From Verrucomicrobiota bacterium (lineage in GTDB: Bacteria; Verrucomicrobiota; Verrucomicrobiia; Verrucomicrobiales; DEV007), in contig JASFYY010000010.1 in the NCBI GenBank assembly GCA_045046875.1, positions 1 to 64,000 of the forward strand: DNA of 64,000 nt, read 5' to 3'. Positions 1 through 9,844 of this stretch are shown one piece after another. Position 1 is the stretch's first letter. Each line of letters begins with the position of its first letter. A program made the translations under genes and the position numbers. Under the pieces are notes generated by a model. The model was not told the origin of the DNA, did not search any database, and saw only the letters and a list, made by a program, of their open reading frames with translations.

Positions 1-833
1 GATGCCGCCATTGAGTCCGTGATCAACATGATCGTCTCCAACGGGCGACATTTAAAAGCGATGCGAATCATCTCCGGACACAGATGAATCCGGTCACAGA
101 TCATCTCCGTCATCACTTCATCATCCAACAAAGCCGCACCCACCAAACCCACCTCACGATGATGCAGTGGTGTCATCTGATTGCAATAGTGCGTCAAATG
201 AGTCAATCCCGCCTCGCGCCCCGCACAAAACTGATCGTAAGTCGCCGCTGAGTGCGCTCCCGAAGTAGTGATCCCATGCCGCTTCATTTCACTGATGAAA
301 TCCACCGCCCCCTCCATCTCTACCGCCAATGACACCACCCCCACCGGCGCGATTTCGTTCAGTTCCAGAATTTCATCCGCATCCGGCAGACGCACATACG
401 CCCCGTTCTGGGCACCTAAACAATCAGGACTGATATACGGCCCTTCGATGTGCAACGAAGGCGTCCGGGCAAACTCTTCATTCTTACGATACTCCGCCAC
501 CGCAGCCGCCATATCTTTTAAATTCTCCGGTGGCAGGGTCAGAGTCGTCGGCAGATAAGTGGTCACCCCTTCACGCAACTTGGTTTCAGAAATTGTCCTC
601 ACCGCTTCCTCTGTGGCATCAGAAAGGTCACAACCTTTTACTCCGTGGGTATGGATATCAATAAAACCCGGCACAGCATAATAGCCCTGCGCATCATAAG
701 ACGAACCTGACGCGGTCTCAGCATCCCCCGCGACCACATCAGCGATGCAGCCTTGCGCATCAATGTTAATGGATGCGCAACGGATTTCCTCACCAGGCGT
801 CAGCAATTTACAATTATGTATCAAAGTGGTCAT
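1..833 (-). CDS. nagA: N-acetylglucosamine-6-phosphate deacetylase (5' part; runs off the window)
   Basis: Not in the ORF track because it is truncated. Manual translation of the minus strand from ATG at 833 (MTTLIHNCKLLTPG...) gives VPGFIDIHTHG, HIEGPY and MLITDSMAA, typical NagA motifs. Confidence 0.9.
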   Translation of the reverse strand, partial: MTTLIHNCKLLTPGEEIRCASINIDAQGCIADVVAGDAETASGSSYDAQGYYAVPGFIDIHTHGVKGCDLSDATEEAVRTISETKLREGVTTYLPTTLTLPPENLKDMAAAVAEYRKNEEFARTPSLHIEGPYISPDCLGAQNGAYVRLPDADEILELNEIAPVGVVSLAVEMEGAVDFISEMKRHGITTSGAHSAATYDQFCAGREAGLTHLTHYCNQMTPLHHREVGLVGAALLDDEVMTEMICDRIHLCPEMIRIAFKCRPLETIMLITDSMAA

Positions 834-880
834 TCTATATTCTGTATTCTATATTCTGTATTCTGTATTCTGTATTCTAT
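832..880. repeat. Tandem heptamer repeat ATTCTRT x7
   Basis: attctat attctgt attctat attctgt attctgt attctgt attctat, abutting the nagA start codon. Confidence 0.95.
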
Positions 881-1025
881 TCCACACCGCACGACATCTT
901 TTTAAACGAAAAATCAAACCTGCGATGGGCACTGATATATGTTGATATGCATTACTTTTTGCTTCAATTCCTCTTCCCTATCAGTGAAATCAGTGGTTAT
1001 ATATGTTTTTTTATGTGGTGTAATT

Positions 1026-2549
1026 CTATTTCTTAAAATCCGGGTGTTTGGGCGTGCCTCCCGTATACGGGTAAGTATCAAACAAAACCGGGGTCTCGGT
1101 ATGACGCGGATCACCCGACGCCGCCAATTCAGCTGTCAGTTGAGTGGTAAGTTTTTTCAAAACCCCTGCATAAGCCACCTCAGCTGCGACATTGTGTAAC
1201 TGATCTGGATCTTTTTTCAAATCATACAACTCATCCGCCGGACGCTTGGCAAAACACCAATCCCAGGATCTCCGGTGTGCCTCATCTTTATCCTTGTTAT
1301 CCGCAATGTAGTTTTTAGTGGGGCCTCCATCCGTGTCTCCAAACCACGCCCCGGTGAACGCCGCTTTTTCCCAAAAAGGTGTTCCGTTCGGCCAGCGATA
1401 GGGTTCGTAATTGCGGATATAAAGAAAATCCGCCGTGCGCAAAGCGCGAGTCGGGTAACCTCCCATGTCAGGAGCCTCTTGTGATGGCACATGACGCTCC
1501 TTCCCGAACAATACATCCTGCCTCAACAGGGCATCACCCCCACCCGTCACCGCCGGCAGCAAATCACGCCCCGTCATTTCATCTGGAATCGCCACTCCTG
1601 CCGCACTCAGAAACGTAGGCGCGAGATCCGTCAAACTGACAAAACCATTCATCACCTGACCTGCTTTCACTTTCGCCGGCCAGGACAAAACAAGCGGAAC
1701 CCGTGAGCCACTGTCGTAAACATTACTCTTACAACGAGGGAAGGGCATACCATGATCTCCGGTGATCACCACGATCGTATTGTCCAACTCACCTGTCTCT
1801 TCCAGCAACTTCAAAGCCGCAGCCACATCGTCATCAAAACGCTGCACTTCAAAAAAATAATCGGCGTAATCGGAACGGATCACTTCACTCTCTGGAAAAA
1901 ACGGGAACAACTTGATCTTGGATAAATCCATCCCCGATTCGCGGCCTGAACCTGTTTCATAAGGGCGATGAGGATCACTGGCTCCCAACCAAAAACAAAA
2001 AGGCTCACCTTTTGGACGGGCCGCGAGAAACTGGGCAAAACCTTTTTTGTAGTTTTTTCCCGCCGGCGGGTCTTTTTTCCATTTGCCATCCAATTTACCC
2101 GGCCCCCAGGATTTCCTCCAATACCCGGTATGATAACCCGCTTTAGCTAGAATGTGCGGATACACCTTCAGTTTCTGATCCAAGGTGCTGTGCAAGTTCC
2201 CTCCAGGCCCCAAACGCCAATGCCATTGCCCCGTCAGAATCGCATTCCTCGAAGGGGTGCACGATGGTGATGAAATATAGGCGTGATGAAACAGCACTCC
2301 CTGTCTGGCTATGCGGTCGAAAGTCGGCGTCTGCACCACCGGTTCGCCATAAGCGCCCGCATGAGGCCAGCCCCAATCATCAGCGATGCAAAAAAGGATA
2401 TTCGGCCGCGGCTCTTCCTTTGCGCTCAAGGCAGTGCTGACAAAACACAGACTGACCAGATAAAAAGCAATTTTTCTCCATCTTTTCATATACGGGAAAG
2501 TCATGGCAATCCGGGCTTTCAGCAAGAAAATCTTCATGCAATTCAACAA
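1026..2549 (-). CDS. Sulfatase (formylglycine-dependent, S1 family), secreted
   Basis: PNILFCIADD, CTPSR (CxPxR), GDHG motifs and a signal peptide; true start probably slightly downstream (MKRWRK...). Confidence 0.93.
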   Translation of the reverse strand: MLNCMKIFLLKARIAMTFPYMKRWRKIAFYLVSLCFVSTALSAKEEPRPNILFCIADDWGWPHAGAYGEPVVQTPTFDRIARQGVLFHHAYISSPSCTPSRNAILTGQWHWRLGPGGNLHSTLDQKLKVYPHILAKAGYHTGYWRKSWGPGKLDGKWKKDPPAGKNYKKGFAQFLAARPKGEPFCFWLGASDPHRPYETGSGRESGMDLSKIKLFPFFPESEVIRSDYADYFFEVQRFDDDVAAALKLLEETGELDNTIVVITGDHGMPFPRCKSNVYDSGSRVPLVLSWPAKVKAGQVMNGFVSLTDLAPTFLSAAGVAIPDEMTGRDLLPAVTGGGDALLRQDVLFGKERHVPSQEAPDMGGYPTRALRTADFLYIRNYEPYRWPNGTPFWEKAAFTGAWFGDTDGGPTKNYIADNKDKDEAHRRSWDWCFAKRPADELYDLKKDPDQLHNVAAEVAYAGVLKKLTTQLTAELAASGDPRHTETPVLFDTYPYTGGTPKHPDFKK

Positions 2550-2558
2550 GACTTATAA

Positions 2559-4445
2559 TTAATTCGCCAAGCGCGATCTCAACTGCAGGATCAACAGTTC
2601 CGTATTGGTAAGCTCTTCACGTTGTTTCAAAATATCCACCAAGACCTTGGGAGTATCGGTCAATATATTATCCACCCCGAGTTCAATCATCATTTGCATC
2701 TGGATAGGATCATTCACCGTCCAGACATGCACCTCCTTGCCCTGCGCCTCGGCGGCTGCCACCATCGACCGTGTGACCTGACTGGCATTCAAACTAAGGA
2801 AGTCCGTTTCGGCACGAGTGACATCCCCCACCGCTGAGGTCACTATCAATCCCGTGGCCACCTCGGGAGCCAGCAGTTTAAAATCCTTCAAACCCGGATA
2901 ATCAAGAGAAGTCACCACGCACTCGTCGGCATATTTTTTAGCTTTGATCAAATCCGCCACTGCGCGGTTCAAGCCCTCTCGATCCGGTCCAAACTTCAAC
3001 TCGATGTTCAGCTTCATTTTCCCACGCACCAAATCAATCACTTCGTCCAGCGTAGGCAAAGGTTCTCCTTTGAATTCTGCTGAGAACCAGGCACCCACAT
3101 CCAATTCCAAACGCTGCTCCCTGGTCATATCCGCCACCTTCAAATCCACCCCCGATACACGCTTCAATTCACTGTCATGAATCATCACCAGCTCATCATC
3201 CGCATTGATCTGTATATCGATCTCCGCAAAATCCGCACCTTCCCCTATGGCTAAACGCAGCGCACTCAATGTGTTTTCCGGCGCATCCACCGAGCTCCCT
3301 CGATGAGCGGTCACCGCCACCTGGCGATCCGTGTTCGCATCTTCAAGCAAACCCCAGCCCACCAACAATGACGCAGAAAAAAACGCCAGTAATCCTAGCC
3401 ATAAAATCTGGCTTGATTTTTTTAAACCCAAAAAAGAAAAATCCTCACTGACTACGCCGCCAGCAATGGGCTCACTCTCCGCTGGAGCCGTTTGCAAATA
3501 ATGCCGCGAAATGAATAGGCATTGGGCTGAAAAAGCGATGAAAGTGATCACGCTGGTCAGCACAAAATGGATCACTAAAATCAAAGCCCCTCCAATCACC
3601 ACCATCTGGATTTTCTCTCCATAAAATCCTAGGAAAAACTTGTCAATTCCCTTCAATAACAAGGCGCTCACCCCCATCAATGCAAACGACCCGACGGCCA
3701 CCCCCAACACCTCCAGCGCAAACTGCCAGGTTCGACCGGCGCTGCGTGCTGAACTCTGACAAATGCTTTTGCGCACCCCCACTCCTTCGAACAATAAAAT
3801 CGGCAGCGCCAAAAACCAACGCAGATATATCCACAACAGCCCCACCAGCGTGATCAAACCCGCCAGCGAGGTATAAATCACCGCTCTCCAGAAAACCGGT
3901 GGTTTCACACTGAGATAATAATTGATATCCCGATCCGACAGCATCGTCAGATAACAAATACCCGCTACTATCAACAGCGGAAGAGCCACCAGCAGAGCGG
4001 CTAAAAAATATAACAATCCCAAACGCAGCAACCTCGGAAACTGGTTTTTTTCTATCCACAGAACCTCCATCAATCTAGGCAGTCGCCCACCTACTAAAGA
4101 CGCTCGTGAAATGATTATCATGCCCGATTGCTCAAAGAAAAAAACCGTCAACGCGAAGGTCACGGTTAAGACCAAAAAAGCCATTCCCTGGAAAGATAGA
4201 AAAAAAGCGCTTAAATCAAAGTTACTAATCACCTCGCCACCCCCACTCTTCGTCAACCATTGTATCGCACCAGCCGCCAAAGGTCCGAGAACCAGCCCTG
4301 CCAGCATCCCATACATGATTCTCACCGCAACCAAACGAGCTAACACATGGCGCTGGGCGAGCGCATCCCACACCACCCTGACATCTTGTTTCCAGCCACG
4401 AATGATTAATTCTGTTTTTTCCGCATCCATCGCTCCAGAAACCAA
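2559..4445 (-). CDS. Glycerophosphodiester phosphodiesterase with N-terminal multi-TM membrane domain
   Basis: AHRG, PENT, EIDIQ, HD, NIELK, WTVN and LTD motifs of the GDPD domain after about 7 hydrophobic segments. Confidence 0.9.
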   Translation of the reverse strand: MVSGAMDAEKTELIIRGWKQDVRVVWDALAQRHVLARLVAVRIMYGMLAGLVLGPLAAGAIQWLTKSGGGEVISNFDLSAFFLSFQGMAFLVLTVTFALTVFFFEQSGMIIISRASLVGGRLPRLMEVLWIEKNQFPRLLRLGLLYFLAALLVALPLLIVAGICYLTMLSDRDINYYLSVKPPVFWRAVIYTSLAGLITLVGLLWIYLRWFLALPILLFEGVGVRKSICQSSARSAGRTWQFALEVLGVAVGSFALMGVSALLLKGIDKFFLGFYGEKIQMVVIGGALILVIHFVLTSVITFIAFSAQCLFISRHYLQTAPAESEPIAGGVVSEDFSFLGLKKSSQILWLGLLAFFSASLLVGWGLLEDANTDRQVAVTAHRGSSVDAPENTLSALRLAIGEGADFAEIDIQINADDELVMIHDSELKRVSGVDLKVADMTREQRLELDVGAWFSAEFKGEPLPTLDEVIDLVRGKMKLNIELKFGPDREGLNRAVADLIKAKKYADECVVTSLDYPGLKDFKLLAPEVATGLIVTSAVGDVTRAETDFLSLNASQVTRSMVAAAEAQGKEVHVWTVNDPIQMQMMIELGVDNILTDTPKVLVDILKQREELTNTELLILQLRSRLAN

Positions 4446-4446
4446 T

Positions 4447-4920
4447 CTATCGCCGCCAAGTGGCTAAATGTTCCACCAGAAGCTGCACCTTTTTTTTGCC
4501 CGCACGCTTGATCGGAAAATACGTGTGTTTCAAATCATCGCCGTCATAATAATGGATAACCACACGGCCTTCATCCTTTTTCACATAGGCAAATTTCGAT
4601 TTCAAAATCACCTGAGACTCCCCCTTTAGCTTGCTAATGACCAATTGAGTTTCCACTTCCGGATCTTCCGACTCCATTATCTCAACCTTTATCCGGTGGC
4701 GCTCCACCAACCAAAATGCTACCAAAACAAAGGCCAACATCGTCAGCCCCATCAAAACCAGCCTCAGATTCACCGCTCCGACTTCCGCAAACTCTCGCCA
4801 GGCCAACAAACCCAGCAGCAACACCCCTCCCGCACAATAAAACGGTGAGCGATCTTTGACTTCATCATAGGTTTTTAAAAACAATGTTTGCATAGCAGCC
4901 TTCCCAATGGATCCATTCAC
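4447..4920 (-). CDS. Hypothetical membrane protein
   Basis: Two TM segments; overlaps the pyk stop (ATGA-type coupling). Confidence 0.7.
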   Translation of the reverse strand: MNGSIGKAAMQTLFLKTYDEVKDRSPFYCAGGVLLLGLLAWREFAEVGAVNLRLVLMGLTMLAFVLVAFWLVERHRIKVEIMESEDPEVETQLVISKLKGESQVILKSKFAYVKKDEGRVVIHYYDGDDLKHTYFPIKRAGKKKVQLLVEHLATWRR

Positions 4921-6320
4921 ACCACCCGCGACAATATCGCTCCCACCACTTGATCTCCTTTTTTGATCCCGGTGATGATAATAATCGAGTTCCCTTTTTC
5001 CAATTTGCCCTCCGCTACCAGTTTTTTAAGCGCCCGGTCAATGGTGGTCTCCGGATGGCCTTCATCAAAATCCATCTGAAAAGGTTTCACCCCCCAGTTC
5101 AGAGTCAGCGAGGCAGCCACCTTCCCGTCCGAGCACGCCGCATATATTGGCGAATAACGAGGGCGCTGCCACGACACATAACGAGCCATCGTCCCGGTAT
5201 TGGTGAATAACAAAACCGCATCCGCCTTCAATTGATCGGCCAGCACCACCGCACTATTCGCCAACTTCTCCCGCGGCCCCTGGAACACCGCCAGCTTGTG
5301 GTAATCGGCTCCGCCACTGCGTTCTGTTCTTCTCGCGATTCGATCGAGCACCTCGATGCACTTCACCGGGTATTGACCCACTGCGCTTTCGCCGCTTAAC
5401 ATGATGGCATCCGTTTCCTCAAAAACAGCGTTGGCCACATCGGTGATCTCGGCACGGGTTGGCATCGGGCTTTCGATCATACTCTCCAGCATGTGGGTCG
5501 CCACGATCACCGGCCGTCCGAGAGTTAAACAAGTTTTGACCAAGCGCCGCTGTATAATCGGCAACTCCTCATAGGGACACTCAATGCCCAAATCCCCACG
5601 CGCCACCATGATCCCGTCCGCCACCGCTACAATTTCGTCAAAATTTTTGACCGCCTGCTGATCCTCGATCTTGGCGATGATGGCAGGTTGGTGCTGATGC
5701 CCAACCAACAAACCTTTCAACAATAAAATATCCGCCGCCTCACGCACAAAAGACAAAGCGATGAAATCCACTCCCAATTCAATGCCCAGTTCAATATCTT
5801 TCCGGTCTTTTTCGGTCACCGGTGGTAAACTGACCTTCACCCCCGGCAAATTGATATGGCGTCGACTGCCCAGCGTTCCAGGAGTCAAAATCTCGCAGTC
5901 CACCTTGTTATCATACTTCTCCAACACCTTCATGTGGATCTCCCCACTATCGACCAGAATCACGTCACCCACACTGATGTCATTGATGAAATTTTCGTAA
6001 TTCACATCCACCGAATGCTCTTCCTCACTCTGCTCGCCTCGAACGGTGAAAGTAAACTTCTCTCCAGGCTTCAGATTCAAATCCGACGGCAAATTGCCGG
6101 TGCGAATCTCCGGCCCCTGGGTGTCCAACAGAATGCCCACTTCCATCCCCCTGCTTGCTGCTTGCTCGCGCACCGTTGCCACCACCTCCCTCACCCAGTC
6201 ATGCGGCGCATGCGACATATTCAAACGGACAATGTTCATGCCCATATCCATCAGCTTGCCAATTTTTTTAGCCTTGCTCGATGCCGGCCCCAGAGTTGCA
6301 ATGATTTTTGTCTTTCTCAT
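4917..6320 (-). CDS. pyk: Pyruvate kinase
   Basis: RKTKIIATLGPAS, DTQGPEIRTG, IAKIE, MVARGDLG, PTRAEITDVANA, MLSGESAVG. Confidence 0.98.
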   Translation of the reverse strand: MRKTKIIATLGPASSKAKKIGKLMDMGMNIVRLNMSHAPHDWVREVVATVREQAASRGMEVGILLDTQGPEIRTGNLPSDLNLKPGEKFTFTVRGEQSEEEHSVDVNYENFINDISVGDVILVDSGEIHMKVLEKYDNKVDCEILTPGTLGSRRHINLPGVKVSLPPVTEKDRKDIELGIELGVDFIALSFVREAADILLLKGLLVGHQHQPAIIAKIEDQQAVKNFDEIVAVADGIMVARGDLGIECPYEELPIIQRRLVKTCLTLGRPVIVATHMLESMIESPMPTRAEITDVANAVFEETDAIMLSGESAVGQYPVKCIEVLDRIARRTERSGGADYHKLAVFQGPREKLANSAVVLADQLKADAVLLFTNTGTMARYVSWQRPRYSPIYAACSDGKVAASLTLNWGVKPFQMDFDEGHPETTIDRALKKLVAEGKLEKGNSIIIITGIKKGDQVVGAILSRVV

Positions 6321-6432
6321 GCAATAGCTTCTTTCGTGGCTATCACCCGCTTTGTCACCAAAATATCAGCACCCGGATGAAATGAAGTTTCAATAAAAGA
6401 CATCAATACTCACCATGCGCCCCGCTGTTCCA

Positions 6433-7125
6433 TCACTTTTTATCTGCCGTCGGCTTCTCCACTTCGATGTCCTGACCGTCTGACAAACGGATCAAAGCCC
6501 CCCGGATCATATTACCCTTCTCTTCACGGCTGATATCCGGATATTTTTTCATCGTCTGTTTGATATATTGGTGAAACTTCTCTCTCTTTTCCGGAGACAG
6601 GCCTTTATAACGTTTCACCTCTTCCGGCCGCGGCCCCTTGCGTTTCTTTTTGCCACCTTCGCTGTCCTTTATCCTCCCCCCGTCTTTGCCTATGCTCTTG
6701 CCCATTGGAGCGATACTTTTTTCGTCGTATTTCAACTCCACCACCTCGCCCCCCACCGAAACTTTCACACTCACTTTCCCCAGATCATCCGCAGGACTGA
6801 CCTCCAACAACTTCATTCCACTTTCAGTTTCATCATCAGTGGATATCACCAGCGTTTTTTTGGTGTCCTGATTATAAAGAGTCGCCAGAGACTCTTCCCC
6901 CATGTTCACCACCGCACGTAGCACAAAACTATCAGAGAGATTCAAGGTGCGTAAAAAAGGCGAACGTGTTTTCACTTGTTCAAAATCCGCTGCGCTCACC
7001 GGCCGCGGCAAATCCCCGGCTTCATCCTGAGCCAAACCAGGCGTAAGAATCACCCCCCCAATAACCAGCCTTACCGCCAACCGCATCGACCAAAAAAAAT
7101 ACTTCTGGATTGCACCTCTGTTCAT
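6433..7125 (-). CDS. Hypothetical exported protein at the end of the T2SS-like operon (GspC-like position)
   Basis: Signal or anchor segment; co-oriented and 6 nt from the upstream gene. The GspC relationship is positional inference only. Confidence 0.55.
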   Translation of the reverse strand: MNRGAIQKYFFWSMRLAVRLVIGGVILTPGLAQDEAGDLPRPVSAADFEQVKTRSPFLRTLNLSDSFVLRAVVNMGEESLATLYNQDTKKTLVISTDDETESGMKLLEVSPADDLGKVSVKVSVGGEVVELKYDEKSIAPMGKSIGKDGGRIKDSEGGKKKRKGPRPEEVKRYKGLSPEKREKFHQYIKQTMKKYPDISREEKGNMIRGALIRLSDGQDIEVEKPTADKK

Positions 7126-7131
7126 TTTCCT

Positions 7132-7686
7132 CTAATTACCACCCTCGGCTCTTTTACCAAACCACCTGGCCACCGTCACTTCACAGATCGACTGCGGCTC
7201 TTTTTCCTTCGACTTTGCGTCCAAGGACAACTTTAGCGTCTTGATTATTTGAAACCGATCCAGTCCCTGCAACTTGGACAACCAATCATTCACCTTCGCC
7301 GCTTCACCTTGAATCCTCAAAGTCACCGCTACCTCATCATAATAAGCAGTCGATTCAGGCTCCAACAAAGTCTGCCGCTCTATCTTGATTCGGTTTTCAT
7401 AAAGCGAGTCCTGCAAATACTGAACCAGTTCCCCCTGCGCCTTGCCCACCGAATCAAAAGCCGATGGCATTTTTTTCATCAACCACTGATCCCGCTGCTG
7501 CCAGTATTCCTTCTCTGCCAACCACCCTTGTTGCTCAAGCAACTCTAATTTAAGCTCCCCGGCCTTCCCCTTACTGCCCTTCAAAGCCTTATAAACGGCT
7601 CGCCCCGCAAACATATTTGCCACCGCAAAAATGGTGAACAAACACAACAACAATAATTTGATTTCCCGGCTATTCAGATGTCGCAT
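7132..7686 (-). CDS. GspM/PilO-like inner-membrane platform protein
   Basis: N-terminal LNSRE + TM + periplasmic region; follows the GspL-like gene. Confidence 0.65.
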   Translation of the reverse strand: MRHLNSREIKLLLLCLFTIFAVANMFAGRAVYKALKGSKGKAGELKLELLEQQGWLAEKEYWQQRDQWLMKKMPSAFDSVGKAQGELVQYLQDSLYENRIKIERQTLLEPESTAYYDEVAVTLRIQGEAAKVNDWLSKLQGLDRFQIIKTLKLSLDAKSKEKEPQSICEVTVARWFGKRAEGGN

Positions 7687-8899
7687 CGTTCACCTCCCCA
7701 TGAATTTCAAAACTAGCCGCATTGTTTTTGCCTACTTTAGGTTGTGGCATATTCCATCGATAGCGTTCCATGAACTGGCTGCTCGCCAAATCTTCCTCAA
7801 ACTGAAACGCCACCTGTGCATCCCTCGCCTGACCCCGAATCCTCACCGATGCCCCCTTGGTCTCGAACTCACGAATCACCAGCCCACTAGGAGGCATCAA
7901 GCGAGTCACTTCGTTCAATTGCACCAGGGGAAAACTCTTGAGATCAAAAGCCGGCGTCAGCTCCTGCCAGCGGCTCGCCGCTGCTTCGATCTCCCTCACC
8001 TCAGGACGATTGGCTTCCACTTGTTGCTCCAGCATCTCAATGTTTTTTTGGCTTCGCTGGGCAAAAACCCACAAAGCCGTTCCGACCATCACATAAAGCA
8101 CCGCCACCGCCAACATCACCGCATTGCGTTTATGGGTTTTCTTTTTCTGCAGACGCTGCTGACGCACCTCCAAGGGTTGCAGGTTTTCCATGTGACTGAC
8201 CACTTCCTGAGTCAGACTTGTCCCCAGCGCCGCCTGATACTCCACCGACATCACCAGGGTCTTTTCAAAAGCAGTCCTCCCATCTCTCGCAAAAGCCCCC
8301 CATACCAGCAATCGCGGATTCACTCCCACATTGCCGTCAGCCTGTAACGATAAAAGCAACAAATTCACTTCCCGGGCCAAGATCTCGTCCAATTGATCGG
8401 ATCCACTCAATTGAATAACATCCGTGACCTGTCCGTTCACCCTGGCGGCCAAAGCCAAACGACCCTGCTCGCTCCAAATCACAAAATCATATTCAAGCGT
8501 GCTTCCCAGCAATCTCGCCAAGGGAAAATAGGCAGCCGCTCCGGCGACGCAGCATGATTGGGGGAAATCAGCACTCAGCACATCAACCGATAATAATACC
8601 TGGCGCTCCCTTTTCTCCACCACATGAAAATCAAAGGGGATCTCGCGTCCCACCGCTTCGGCCAAACCTCGTTTATCAATCTGAGCATAGACCATGTCGG
8701 CAAACAACGACTCATCCAAGGTCGGTAATAGCATGGAAAAAGTCATACAGTACGCCGCCGGAACAGCCACCACCACGTCTCGCCGGTGTTTCAACAGATC
8801 ACCGGGATCCTTTCCACTGGCCGTTGTCCGCTCGCCCTGCCACAAACTCCAACCGGAGTCGCTTTCGTTCACGCGTGCTATTTCATAATCTCTGGCCAT
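7670..8899 (-). CDS. GspL/PilN-like protein
   Basis: Cytoplasmic N-domain, single TM, coiled coil and a PilN-like C-terminus (VRIRGQA); operon position. Confidence 0.65.
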   Translation of the reverse strand: MARDYEIARVNESDSGWSLWQGERTTASGKDPGDLLKHRRDVVVAVPAAYCMTFSMLLPTLDESLFADMVYAQIDKRGLAEAVGREIPFDFHVVEKRERQVLLSVDVLSADFPQSCCVAGAAAYFPLARLLGSTLEYDFVIWSEQGRLALAARVNGQVTDVIQLSGSDQLDEILAREVNLLLLSLQADGNVGVNPRLLVWGAFARDGRTAFEKTLVMSVEYQAALGTSLTQEVVSHMENLQPLEVRQQRLQKKKTHKRNAVMLAVAVLYVMVGTALWVFAQRSQKNIEMLEQQVEANRPEVREIEAAASRWQELTPAFDLKSFPLVQLNEVTRLMPPSGLVIREFETKGASVRIRGQARDAQVAFQFEEDLASSQFMERYRWNMPQPKVGKNNAASFEIHGEVNDATSE

Positions 8900-8920
8900 T
8901 CTGTCCTAAGTTCTTATAAG

Positions 8921-9844
8921 TTAAAATTCAAAACTCGCAACTTTCTCATCACCACCGCCTCCGCTTTCTATCAACACCACCAAGCTCAGCGTAAGATCCC
9001 CCACCACAGCCCGGCTTTCGATTCTTTTGATCGAATTTTCCAAAGTGATCCATTCTTCCACCCGGCTCATTGCGCCATTCCCCAGCCCTAACAGATCGAC
9101 TAGCTCATTTAAATCACTGATCACATAATCATCCAATGTGGCCATTTCTCCATCACTGCCCTTGCGGGTCGCCACCAGATTTTGCGCAGCATCACCCGAA
9201 CTCTGGAACAACGCCTCAAGCAAATCGGCAGGTGCCTGGTTCACATCGATCATGCCATCTCCATAAATGGTAAAATAAGACCGCCAGTCAGGTTTTTGCC
9301 TGGCCACCTCATCCATGCCTTTCACCAACAACATCTGCTCGATCGATACCAAGGGAGCATTGCTGGGATAACTCGGAAATCCACGCGCCGCGTAATAATC
9401 ATTCTCCGCGCCACTGGTCTTCACCTCACTGTCCTCATCAATCCAATCCGCCAGCGACTCCGCAGCGATGCTTGCTTTGGTCGCATCCAGTCCCCACAAA
9501 ATAAATAATTCCCGCACCGTATCAGCCATCACCTGGTCTTCTATCGCATTAACCAAAATCCTCCCCCCCTCGGTGCCCACATAAACATCAAACCGGCGTC
9601 CATCAGGGTATTCCTGATGCAGCAGCGGATCCCCGCTTTTCATCTTAGGGTGCATCGCCAAAGCTACGCCCGATTCGGCCAGTTGCCGCGCCATGAAACG
9701 TTGACGCTCAAGACTGTTTTCATCCCAGCCAAACTGCGCCGATTCCCACATCGCCGTCGCCACAAATAACAATACCATCAAAGCAAACATCACCGCCAAC
9801 AAAGCGATGCCCCTGACCGACTCTTTATTATTTGAAACCCTCAT
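8921..9844 (-). CDS. gspK: Type II secretion minor pseudopilin GspK
   Basis: RGIALLAV prepilin-like start, DWIDED, GAE..YY, IDVNQAP motifs. Confidence 0.85.
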   Translation of the reverse strand: MRVSNNKESVRGIALLAVMFALMVLLFVATAMWESAQFGWDENSLERQRFMARQLAESGVALAMHPKMKSGDPLLHQEYPDGRRFDVYVGTEGGRILVNAIEDQVMADTVRELFILWGLDATKASIAAESLADWIDEDSEVKTSGAENDYYAARGFPSYPSNAPLVSIEQMLLVKGMDEVARQKPDWRSYFTIYGDGMIDVNQAPADLLEALFQSSGDAAQNLVATRKGSDGEMATLDDYVISDLNELVDLLGLGNGAMSRVEEWITLENSIKRIESRAVVGDLTLSLVVLIESGGGGDEKVASFEF

